From Mycobacterium leprae TN (lineage in GTDB: Bacteria; Actinomycetota; Actinomycetes; Mycobacteriales; Mycobacteriaceae), in the NCBI RefSeq assembly GCF_000195855.1, contig NC_002677.1, positions 2,850,001 to 2,882,000 on the forward strand: 32,000 nt of DNA. The letters are read 5' to 3'. This document shows positions 21,769 to 31,024 of the stretch, in pieces. The notes beneath the pieces were generated by a model. It had not been told where the DNA came from. It ran no database searches and saw nothing but the letters and a program-made list of their open reading frames with translations. Both the position numbers and the translations under genes were made by a program. The stretch's first letter is position 1; the number at the start of each line of letters is the position of its first letter.

Positions 21769-22806
21769 GTGGCTGGCGAATCAGATGAGGTCTTGGCGCG
21801 CGTTGAGGCCGGTATCGGCCTTATCACACTTAACCGCCCTAAGGCGATCAACTCGCTGAACCAGCAGATGGTGGACGCGCTGACCGCCATACTCACCAGC
21901 TGGGCAGACGACGACGCGGTACGTGCAGTGGTGCTATCTGGAGCCGGGGAACGCGGACTATGCGCCGGTGGCGATGTGGTGGCGATCTATCACAGTGCTC
22001 TCAAGGATGGGGTTGAGGCACGGCGGTTTTGGCGCAGCGAATATCTGCTCAACAGCCAAATCGCCCGGTTCCCCAAGCCGTACGTGTCGTTGATGGACGG
22101 CATCGTGATGGGCGGTGGCGTCGGCATCGGTGCACACGCAAACACTCGAGTGGTAACCGATACCTCGCAAGTGGCAATGCCCGAGGTCGGCATCGGGTTT
22201 ATCCCAGACGTCGGCGGGACATATCTGTTGTCTCGGGCGCCCGGTGCGCTGGGTCTGCATGTTGCGCTAACCGGAGCACCGTTTTCCGGTGCCGACGCTA
22301 TCGAGCTGGGCTTCGCTGACCACTATGTGCCGCACAGCGACCTTAACGCGTTCACCCGAGCGGTCGTTACCGACGGCGTTAACAGTGCGCTAGCCGGCTA
22401 CGCTATCGAACCTCCACCAAGCTACCTTGCCGCACAACGTGATTGGATCGACGAATGCTACGTTGGCGAAACCGTCAAAGACATCATCACCGCTTTGCGT
22501 GGGCATGATGCGGAACCTGCTGAAGGCGCCTTCAACCTGATCGTTAGCCGCTCCCCCGTCGCATTGTCAGTCACACTGGAGGCGATGCGTCGAGCAGCCA
22601 AACTGGAAACACTGACAGATGTTCTGACTCAAGACTATCGGGTGTCGTCGGCTTCACTGCACTCACACGACCTGGTGGAAGGCATCCGCGCGCAGCTGGT
22701 CCACAAGGATCGCAATCCACAATGGGCGCCGACGACACTGGCCGAAGTCACTGCAGCCGACATCTGTGGATATTTCGAGCCGGTTGACGATGACTTGAGT
22801 TTCTAG
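21769..22806 (+). CDS. echA9: Crotonase-family protein, annotated as enoyl-CoA hydratase; architecture closer to 3-hydroxyisobutyryl-CoA hydrolase
   Basis: Intact 345-aa ORF (GTG start): VGLITLNRPKAINSL-like N-terminus, GAGERGLCAGGDVVAIY, MDGIVMGGGVGIGAHANTRVVTD, MPEVGIGFIPDVGGTYLLSRAPG. Confidence 0.9.
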   Translation: MAGESDEVLARVEAGIGLITLNRPKAINSLNQQMVDALTAILTSWADDDAVRAVVLSGAGERGLCAGGDVVAIYHSALKDGVEARRFWRSEYLLNSQIARFPKPYVSLMDGIVMGGGVGIGAHANTRVVTDTSQVAMPEVGIGFIPDVGGTYLLSRAPGALGLHVALTGAPFSGADAIELGFADHYVPHSDLNAFTRAVVTDGVNSALAGYAIEPPPSYLAAQRDWIDECYVGETVKDIITALRGHDAEPAEGAFNLIVSRSPVALSVTLEAMRRAAKLETLTDVLTQDYRVSSASLHSHDLVEGIRAQLVHKDRNPQWAPTTLAEVTAADICGYFEPVDDDLSF

Positions 22807-22830
22807 AAAGGCAATTTGGTGACGAATAAC

Positions 22831-23604
22831 ATGAAGTACGACACAATCCTCGTTGACGGCTACCAGCGAGTTGGCATCATCACACTGAACCGGCCACAGG
22901 CTCTGAACGCACTCAATAGCCAGATGATGAACGAAATCACTAATGCAGCAAAAGAATTAGACATCGATCCCGATGTTGGGGCGATCCTCATTACTGGTTC
23001 ACCCAAGGTTTTTGCTGCCGGCGCCGACATCAAAGAGATGGCCAGTTTAACGTTCACCGACGCATTTGACGCTGATTTTTTCTCCGCATGGGGCAAGCTG
23101 GCCGCCGTGCGTACCCCAATGATCGCCGCGGTGGCCGGATATGCACTCGGTGGTGGCTGCGAGTTAGCGATGATGTGCGATCTGCTTATCGCCGCCGACA
23201 CAGCGAAATTCGGTCAGCCAGAAATCAAACTCGGCGTTCTGCCCGGTATGGGAGGCTCCCAGCGCCTAACCCGAGCGATCGGCAAGGCCAAAGCAATGGA
23301 CCTGATCTTGACCGGACGCACCATCGACGCGGCCGAAGCCGAACGCAGCGGCCTGGTTTCGCGGGTGGTGCTGGCCGACGATTTACTGCCCGAGGCCAAG
23401 GCTGTCGCTACTACCATTTCGCAGATGTCTCGGTCGGCTACCCGGATGGCCAAGGAAGCAGTCAATCGGTCTTTCGAATCCACGCTGGCTGAAGGATTGC
23501 TCCACGAACGCCGGCTTTTCCATTCGACCTTCGTGACAGACGACCAGTCCGAGGGCATGGCGGCATTCATCGAGAAACGCGCTCCCCAGTTTACCCACCG
23601 ATGA
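22831..23604 (+). CDS. echA8: Enoyl-CoA hydratase
   Basis: The ORF extends from 22816, but ATG 22831 gives the canonical 257 aa: [43 protein letters not shown]-type motif, [50 protein letters not shown]. Confidence 0.95.
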   Translation: MKYDTILVDGYQRVGIITLNRPQALNALNSQMMNEITNAAKELDIDPDVGAILITGSPKVFAAGADIKEMASLTFTDAFDADFFSAWGKLAAVRTPMIAAVAGYALGGGCELAMMCDLLIAADTAKFGQPEIKLGVLPGMGGSQRLTRAIGKAKAMDLILTGRTIDAAEAERSGLVSRVVLADDLLPEAKAVATTISQMSRSATRMAKEAVNRSFESTLAEGLLHERRLFHSTFVTDDQSEGMAAFIEKRAPQFTHR

Positions 23605-24860
23605 GCGAAGCTGGCTCTGCAACAGCCGCCGTTGGCGATGAAGCGGTTGACAGCGAATCAGCGATCGATACCGCGGAATCCGCCGGTGCTAACGCAACAC
23701 CCAATTGAACCCACTAAAACCAAAAAGCCGGTGTCGCCACCAAGCACCGAATTCAGCGGCTCACCACTACAGCTATTTACTGCAGCTATTTACTGCTGGC
23801 AATGTGGCTGGCTCTTTATTTTTATTCAATTGCACATGGTGCCGCCTCTGTTGCCGCGTGGTCCACTGTTCCAACGGCTGGTCAGCGGATTGCTCCTGAA
23901 CGACCGGCTACTACCTTGGCATCTTTGCCGTCTGCCTGGCCCGCTCAATACGGTTTCAGGACTCCTGCCCGTCCGCGCCTGCTAGGCCTAAGCTGGAGTT
24001 TATCGGGACCAGCCCGCTGGGTCTGCTCGTTATGGCGAACTAATTCCCCGCCTGGCAATACCAAATATATGACCTTATGGCTATAAGAAGCCTGAAAACT
24101 AAGAGTACCCGCTGGCCACAGGGCAGCCAAGGACGAATTTTCGTGGAGGCCGGCCCAACCGTCGATGAACTCACGGCGCTCAACGCAATCCCGACCATCG
24201 AGCCGATCCAGGCCTACGCAGGACCGGACTTCGCGGACGGCACCTCGGTGACTACGGAGGTGGCGACGCGCAAACTGCATCGGACTGGCAAATTGCAGTG
24301 CGCGGTCGCAACGTCCTACCTTGACCGGGTAGATCAACGAGGCTGAAGCTGACCCCTTGGCTAGAGTATATGTACACCAGCAACACCGCGGTCGTGAACA
24401 TGTAGTATTCGTTTTTGCCCAGCTGACCTGTCCTTCCTGGTGGAGAAAAAGAATACCTGACGCGCCGGCCAGGGACTCTTTGAAGCGGTTAACAAGTTGA
24501 TCCGGCAAATGCTGGAAGCGCAACGGCCCAAGTTGTTTGTGTTTTGCCAGAAAGTCTGGCGTTGTTCGGGTGGCGAGGCGCCGTTCATGAACCTGAACAA
24601 CCTCGTTGCCTACACCGAGAGTGAATTATACAGTTGACCTACGTTGTTCAACAACACCATCTAGACCTAACTGACCGGGACCCGCAATCGTGGTTCACCG
24701 ACAAGGGCCACCCATATACGACGACGGTCATAACAGCCGGTTCGTTTCCCGTCCAAGCAAATCTAGGACACTGGAACACTCTGTGAGTTAGACCTAAGAT
24801 GATGTACCTGCAGAACGCCTCCTACCTGATCACGTGGGAGACTCCCTGGTGTTGCACTTT
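23601..24860 (+). pseudogene. Degraded membrane-associated alpha/beta-hydrolase-family protein (Rv1069c-like)
   Basis: Plus-strand pieces: [19 protein letters not shown]; EAGPTVDELTALNAIPTIEPIQAYAGPDFADG; TPWLEYMYTSNTAVVNM; EAVNKLIRQMLEAQRPKLFVF; GGEAPFMNLNNLVAYTESELY; and MMYLQNASYLITWETPW. All are broken by stops and frameshifts. Confidence 0.65.
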
Positions 24861-25302
24861 AAAAATCTTTTATTTTCTCCAGACCGGACTGGATTGCAAG
24901 AAAAACGGAGCTACGACGTGCTACCCTAGACGCAATGGATTCCGGGAAGCACTTTCCTGCAAGTCTCTGCCGACATGACGGTCGCCGTCGATGTACCCGA
25001 CAGACATGGCCACCATTATGTCGCCAATGGTTGAGCCGTGGTGTGGGCGCGCTTCTAGAATAGAACACCGCAAAAAAACCGACAGGCTGCGAACACTGCT
25101 GCACAGCAACAACTAGGACGAAGTGACGACTACAATTAAATATGAGGGTTGACCTGATGTTTGTTCATTCAGCAAGGTAGCCGTCCTTACTATATAATTC
25201 ATAATTCCGAGGAGTTGTACAACACTGAGATGTTAACGTTCAGGCATCGGAAATTACACACTATGCGAATCGGCTCCGCTTAGAGTCAAGGGTGGTGGGT
25301 GA

Positions 25303-26222
25303 AACAGTGGTTTGGGTGGCGGTGTGTTGCAGTGTTGTGAGTTGATGTGATCGATCGTTAACCGTTCGTTTGGGTTGGGTGGGGGTGGGGATCGTGCGTG
25401 AGATCACCAGCAAGGGTGGGGCCCGCGTGTTTGCGGGTTGCTTTGGGGGTTGCACTGATTCGACACCAACTATGCTGGCTAAGACGCTCAATCGGGTTAC
25501 TGAGCTTGTATTGCTTAGCTATGCAGTGAGCAGTGGGCCAGTGGCTTTAAAGGCCGGCAAGGTGAGCGTTGTGGGCAGCTGCGTACGGAGATAGACATGT
25601 GTGCTGGCCAAGAAGTACAGTCCCGAACAAATTGTGGGGGTGTTGGCCCAAAACCTATCCCGACCGGCCCGAAAGATGCAGGTGTCCTATAAAACACTTC
25701 AACATCGAGTCCAAGCTCAACCAACATGTGCGCACTGGGTGGATGTTCCGCACGCTGAGGGCACAGCACGCTAAAACCGGGCACCACCATTATTCTCTAG
25801 GTATGGCCACCACCAGTGCACGTCCCGCGAAAACTACACGACCGTGTGGTGCTCTAACCTCATAGCATTGGGCGGATGATGTAATCATCGGCAAAAATTA
25901 GACCCCCAAATCGGCGCCCTGGCCGAACACAAGTAGCGGATTCGTGCAGCTGCTACACCTATCCAAGGACCACAGCACTGATGTGATCACTGCGGCCATG
26001 ATCAACCACAAGACAACGCCCTACCACAGAATCGCTGTACAACCCCAGCGTGAGACCAAGACCTCGAAACGACTCTCATACCCGCATCACCACGGCATCG
26101 ATACCGACCTTTGCGACCTGACGCACCGACCCGCCAATACACTGACCCACCACCCTTTACTCCACCCCCACAACAGAACACAAAACACTTCACCCATCAA
26201 CACCGCCACCCAAACCACTGTT
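25303..26222 (-). repeat. Interspersed repeat copy 2 (size consistent with the REPLEP family), inverted relative to copy 1; shared core 25314..26184
   Basis: The core is the reverse complement of 8662..9532. The outer ends carry a 23-bp perfect terminal inverted repeat: aacagtggtttgggtggcggtgt (25303-25325) and acaccgccacccaaaccactgtt (26200-26222). Confidence 0.85.
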
Positions 26223-26269
26223 ACAACAAGTATTACACCTCAGTATTACCTAGCCAAAATGGCTAAAAT

Positions 26270-26520
26270 AACCCCCACCTCTATCTCTATCGGGGTGATG
26301 CGAACGCAAACTCGCGCAGATCGACCGGCCAGACGGAAGCCCAACACCTCGGCGTCCCGGGCGGGATCGACGACGATGTGGCGCACGTCCTGTTGCGGTA
26401 CCGCCCGGTGATGACTGGTGCCACGGCGCTATTCGGGCAACTGCGCGCGTAGCACATAGCGGTTGCCACCTCGAGGGTCGAGATGATCTGCACAGAGCAG
26501 ACATTGACCGCGGGGAAGCC
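26270..26520 (-). pseudogene. C-terminal remnant of a NAD-dependent nucleotide-sugar epimerase (galE3/Rv0536-like)
   Basis: Minus-strand reading LEVATAMCYARSCPNSAVAPVITGRYR(T)GDVRHIVVDPARDAEVLGFRLA resembles the extended-SDR epimerase C-terminus (…LExxxAL…GDVRHxxADPxRAxxxLGF). No N-terminal part is present. Confidence 0.5.
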
Positions 26521-26559
26521 TTCACAATCCAGCTACATGATAATGCAACAGCGAGGTTC

Positions 26560-27345
26560 GCCTGCTGATACGTCGTTGACATGGAAAAAGTCACACATCT
26601 AACCGCTGTCATCGAAAATCTTCGGTGGATAGTCTATTTCGAGTGCAGAACGGAAGATCGTTGCCACCCAGGAGTATGGAGGGTCGCGCGACATGCCGGG
26701 GCCGTAAATGTTGTGGTACCGCGACACCACCACCGAGCCGCCAACCTTCACGCCATCGCCAACCACAACACCTGCGTCCAGATCAGTTACTTAAAACTAC
26801 TGCCGCATGGTATGTTTCCAGTTCTTAGGCGAACACCTCCTAGAGTAATAGCCGGTCAGGTTGGCCATGCCAAATCCAGAGGCGGACGAACTACTGGTTT
26901 TCCGCTCGGGTGGAAAATCGCGAGCCCCGAATTACCACACTGATACCGCCGTCGACCACGCTGGCTAGGACGGTGTCCGCGGCACGCAAAATCGGGCAAT
27001 AGGTATCGGCAAAGTCGAAATAAATGCCGATACGGCTACCGGTACGCTCGAAGTTCGGGGTTCAGACTGCCGCCCACGTACAGCGCGAAAACTCGCCGTA
27101 CGCCAAGCGAGCACAGCGCCCACATGTTGGGCCCGATACGACACGGTGTGCGCCGAGTATTTTTGTAGTGCGCCCCGTGCCGCGGCAAGAGAGCCACGTC
27201 GTGTTCCCCGATAGCGCCACCCGTGATAGGGACACTAGGCTTGTCACACGGAATGTCCGTTTGCCGTAGCGGAAAAATACTTGCAAACAGAACCCAAAAA
27301 AGTGTAGAAGTCGATGCTGATCACTCCAAGCATTCGCCCATTGTT
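26560..27345 (-). pseudogene. pnp: Degraded MTA/purine nucleoside phosphorylase (pnp/Rv0535-like)
   Basis: Minus-strand fragments: PNMWALCSLGVRRVF, GGSLNPEL, GIYFDFADTYCPILRAADTVLASVVDGGISVVIRGSRFSTRAENQ, ELETYHAAVVL. They are in order but interrupted by stops and indels. Confidence 0.75.
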
Positions 27346-27397
27346 ATGCATGCCCCGCGTTTGATCGCATGCGTCCAACCACCGGCAGGATACCCTG

Positions 27398-28282
27398 ATG
27401 GCTAGTTTCGCTCAGTGGATCTCGGGTGCTCGGCCACGGACGCTACCGAACGCGGTGGCGCCCGTTGTTGCAGGCACCGGCACTGCGGCATGGCTGCACT
27501 CGGCCGTGTGGTGGAAAGCGCTGCTAGCGCTGGTCGTCGCTGTCGCGCTTGTCATCGGGGTCAACTACGCCAATGACTACTCCGACGGCATCCGTGGCAC
27601 CGACGACCACCGGGCCGGGCCAATGCGCTTGGTGGGCTCGCGGCTAGCTTTCCCGCGATCGGTGCTGACCGCCGCGGTTGTAGGCTTGACGGTCAGCACG
27701 GTGGCCGGGTTGGCACTCGCGCTACTCAGCGCACCGTGGCTAATCATGGTCGGCGCTACCTGCATCGCCGGAGCCTGGCTGTACACCGGTAGCTCGAAGC
27801 CCTACGGCTATAAAGGTTTTGGCGAAGTCGCGGTGTTCGTGTTCTTCGGCCTGGTCGCTGTGCTCGGCACCGAATACACCCAAGCATTGCGGGTGGACTG
27901 GGTGGGATTGGTGCTGGCGGTGTCGACCGGAGCGCTGTCGTCGTCAGTCCTGGTGGCCAACAACTTGCGGGATATTCACACCGACACACAGTCACACAAA
28001 TTCACCCTGGCGGTGCGCTTAGGTGATGCTCACACACGGCAATTATATCAAGCACTGCTGGTCGCCACCGGCGTGCTTACCGTGGTGCTGATGGTGGCGA
28101 CATCATGGTGTGCCGTCGGATTGGTGGCCACGCCGCTGGCTCTGCGCGCCATGCGGCCGGTGCGCTCCGGCCGCATGGGGCCCGACTTGACCCCGGTGCT
28201 GCGGGACACCGGACTTGCGATGGTGGTGTGGGCGATCGCGGTAGCTGGAGCTTTAACACTGGCGGGGTCAGTGACGTACTGA
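27398..28282 (+). CDS. menA: 1,4-dihydroxy-2-naphthoate polyprenyltransferase
   Basis: Intact 294-aa ORF: [74 protein letters not shown]. Multi-pass UbiA-family protein. Confidence 0.96.
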   Translation: MASFAQWISGARPRTLPNAVAPVVAGTGTAAWLHSAVWWKALLALVVAVALVIGVNYANDYSDGIRGTDDHRAGPMRLVGSRLAFPRSVLTAAVVGLTVSTVAGLALALLSAPWLIMVGATCIAGAWLYTGSSKPYGYKGFGEVAVFVFFGLVAVLGTEYTQALRVDWVGLVLAVSTGALSSSVLVANNLRDIHTDTQSHKFTLAVRLGDAHTRQLYQALLVATGVLTVVLMVATSWCAVGLVATPLALRAMRPVRSGRMGPDLTPVLRDTGLAMVVWAIAVAGALTLAGSVTY

Positions 28283-28349
28283 CGGTGCGCTTACGGCTTC
28301 AACTATGTGAATTGTCCTTGTTGGCAAAACTTTCAGCGCCGCAGCGATC

Positions 28350-28685
28350 TTACTCCTCGTCAGGCAAAGGCTCACCGCGCAGTCGAGCCCGTAACTGTTC
28401 GCGTTCGGAACGCCGGCGCTCGCCAACGACAGCAAGCGCAGCGGTGGCACGCCGACGCAGCGGACTGAACAGCCAGATACCCAGGGGCATCGCGATGATC
28501 AGAGCGAACAACGCGGCTACGACAATGGGCAGCTGGGTTACCCCCAACAATCGCGCCACCCCGTAAATCACGCTGCCGAGTAGAATCACCAGTAGTAACC
28601 GCGCCGCCGCGTAAAGCAAGACGTTTACGACTAGGTGATCCCGGTTGTGATCTGCAGCGCAGATGCTGTTTGGCCCCTTTGACAC
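28350..28685 (-). CDS. Small DUF4229-like membrane protein (Rv0531-like)
   Basis: 111-aa ORF with a GTG start, two hydrophobic segments (LLYAAARLLLVILLGSVIYGVARLLG, LPIVVAALFALIIAMPLGIWLF), then an Arg/Glu-rich tail. Confidence 0.75.
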   Translation of the reverse strand: MSKGPNSICAADHNRDHLVVNVLLYAAARLLLVILLGSVIYGVARLLGVTQLPIVVAALFALIIAMPLGIWLFSPLRRRATAALAVVGERRRSEREQLRARLRGEPLPDEE

Positions 28686-28731
28686 GGTTTGAGCTTACGG
28701 CGCGAGTATATTCGCTCCAAGGAGGTGTCGA

Positions 28732-28893
28732 GTGCTTTACCTGCTCCTCGTCCTGGTTTTAGGGACACTGTTCTACATTGGCTGGCGCGCTGCGCAGGCG
28801 CAGGCCAACCGGCCGAAAACTCGCGTTATCGGACCTGACGACGACCCAGAGTTCTTGTGGCGACTCGAGCATCGGGACGATAACCCGCGTTAA
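28732..28893 (+). CDS. Small single-pass membrane protein, 53 aa, not in the supplied ORF track
   Basis: GTG start, preceded by ggagg at 28721-28725 (6-nt spacing). Translation MLYLLLVLVLGTLFYIGWRAAQAQANRPKTRVIGPDDDPEFLWRLEHRDDNPR*. An N-terminal TM helix is followed by an ordered charged tail. Confidence 0.7.
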   Translation: MLYLLLVLVLGTLFYIGWRAAQAQANRPKTRVIGPDDDPEFLWRLEHRDDNPR

Positions 28894-28899
28894 ACCGGG

Positions 28900-29900
28900 G
28901 AGCCCGTCGGTGAGAACTGCTGCCAGCTCAGTGAGCGCTTCACGAGTCTGTCGCCGCAACCAAGCCAGGTTAATCTCGGCGCCCTCCTCCCAGATGTGGG
29001 TGCAAAAAGCGCCAACCTCACCGCTCGGCAGCGTCGCGAGAAATGACCACCAATGGCCAGCACGACGACATGGCCGAATGCAGCAGCACTGGACCACAGT
29101 CAGTCACCATCAGGCCGTAGAACCGCTCCAGGATTTCCTGAATGCAACTATAGTCGTCAGCGCTAGATGCGCGTCGGAAACCGTCAGATCACTTTCCGAC
29201 GCCAGCACTTCCAGCCCCGCTCGAGCCTTGCGAGGTGTAACGGCGGACATTGCTTTATTCCGGCGTCGTGCCGTAACTGGCGCATAGTAGCCGAGGGTTC
29301 CAACGGAAACTTCTGCTCAAGGTGCCGCGATCGGGATTGACATCTACCGGCCACTACCCGGTCGCCTCGGACAGCAGCGAACACGAACCCAGCGGCCCGT
29401 GATGAATTGTGGTTTTGCCGCCCCCACCCTTCAGCGACAGCATAGCAATCGGGTAGCAACCCCGCACCGGGCAATCGACCTGGGCTACCAAATCACTACA
29501 GTCAGAGACCCTAGAGCTTTCCATCAGGTTAATCAGCTAGCCGGATGCCTTTAAAGGATAGACCGCCAGAACTCCAGCAATGGAAATCTGGCGGCCCACA
29601 TGAACATCCGGGTGTACAATTCCGGATACAGCGTGTGTGGCACGGACTCAAGAAGGTGCTAGACACCAACGGCTCCGCTGACCTCTCTGCACATAATAGC
29701 TGCCGAATTTCTGCCACGTCAACCTGCAGGACGCCGGTAACCAGAGGTGGATCCCAGTGCGGCATCCGGGACAGGCGATGCGGGTGTTGGTAGAGGTGTC
29801 CTGGCCAGCGGGTCAGGCCCAGGGGACGCCGCTATCTGCAAAATCCAACAAAGGCAAGGGTCGGTACTACACTGCCGGATTCGCTGGGTAGGTCGCCGGA
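28900..29900 (-). pseudogene. Degraded ParA/MinD-like P-loop ATPase (Rv0530-like)
   Basis: Minus-strand fragments: WDPPLVTGVLQVDVAEIRQLLCAERSAEPLVS; a GGGGKTT-like P-loop (GWGRQNHNSSRAAG in the listed frame); FVFAAVRGDRVVAG; LEQKFPLEPSATMRQL; WWSFLATLPSGEVGAFCTHIWEEGAEINLAWLRRQTREALTELAAVLTDGLPG. Frameshifted between segments. Confidence 0.65.
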
Positions 29901-30040
29901 CTACGGTTGAAGCGGCAACTGTGTCGTAGGATTATCAATGTCGCCATAGCCATCATAAGTTCGGAGCGTCTACAACCGTGAATGCTCGGAGAGACGACTA
30001 CTCCATTGGCTGCAGTACTCAGCCGTCCACCAACAAGTAT

Positions 30041-31024
30041 TCAGTCCACTCCCGCATACGAATGCAGACCTACAGTCACCAGGTTAACGAAAAACAGGTT
30101 GAAGACCATAGCAACACACCCGACCACGTTGATCCACGCCGCCCTCCTGTCCCGCCATCCCGCGGTCGACCTGGCATGTAGATAAGCTGCGTATACTACC
30201 CACGCAACAAAAGAAACCGTCTCCTTGGGATCCCAGCCCCAGTACCTGCCCCAGGCTTGCTCGGCCCAGATCGCACCAAAGATCACCCCGAAACCAAACA
30301 CCGGAAACGCAAAGATCGTCGTTCGATAGGCGATCCGGTCCAGGGTCTGTGCGTCAGGGAACCGCCGCACCAGCCGGGCCAGTGCCTTTGCACCTTCGGG
30401 GTCGGAGGCCACCAGCCGCGAGGTGCTCAGCAGGAACAAGATGCTGGCGATGCCGGCGACCAGGAAAATCCCCGAGCCGAGGCTGACCACCGACACGTGG
30501 ATGGGCAGCCAGTAGGACTGCAGCGCCGGGATCACCGGTGCGGCGTTGGCGTAGAGCCACCGACCGGAAATCGTGAGCAGGATCAACACCGACACCAGCA
30601 AGAAAACCCACAGCGGGCGGTACTGTCGCCGACGCAACACGATCGCGCCGGCGACCAGCTCGGAGAAGCAGGTCAGGTTAATGAACTCATACATATTGCC
30701 CCAAGGCACACGCAGGGTGGCCAGGCCGCGCAGCAATATGCACGCTAGCAAGAGACCGATGCCAAGGTAGGCCACGGCCAACCCAGCCTGCCCGACACGT
30801 TCGCCGAACGGCCGTTGCAGAGAGTCCACCACGATACCGGGGGTCCCGCTGTCGGCGGCGACCGACCCGGGCACCACCCGCGTGCGGTTGTCTAACCGGC
30901 GGCTGCCAACGTACGCTAGCTCGTAAGCCAACAGTAGCAGAGCGACCACCAACGCCACCACGGCCGAGGTGAACGCCCAGTCGGAGTAGCACGCCAGGCC
31001 GATGTTGACGTGCAGAGTGTTCAT
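30041..31024 (-). CDS. ccsA: Cytochrome c biogenesis protein CcsA/ResC (heme-handling, Rv0529-like)
   Basis: Intact 327-aa multi-pass ORF with the tryptophan-rich WWD-type motif GAIWAEQAWGRYWGWDPKETVSFVAWVVYAAYLHARST. Confidence 0.96.
   Translation of the reverse strand: MNTLHVNIGLACYSDWAFTSAVVALVVALLLLAYELAYVGSRRLDNRTRVVPGSVAADSGTPGIVVDSLQRPFGERVGQAGLAVAYLGIGLLLACILLRGLATLRVPWGNMYEFINLTCFSELVAGAIVLRRRQYRPLWVFLLVSVLILLTISGRWLYANAAPVIPALQSYWLPIHVSVVSLGSGIFLVAGIASILFLLSTSRLVASDPEGAKALARLVRRFPDAQTLDRIAYRTTIFAFPVFGFGVIFGAIWAEQAWGRYWGWDPKETVSFVAWVVYAAYLHARSTAGWRDRRAAWINVVGCVAMVFNLFFVNLVTVGLHSYAGVD

Noticed and set aside
22860-23622. Minus-strand and alternate-frame ORFs of 79-134 aa
   Set aside because: Overlap intact echA8; no family features.
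28350-29097. 28759..29097(-) as an intact small gene
   Set aside because: It is the 3' fragment of the ParA-like ATPase pseudogene running antisense into the 53-aa ORF. The two cannot both be primary coding here, and the plus-strand ORF has a better start context.
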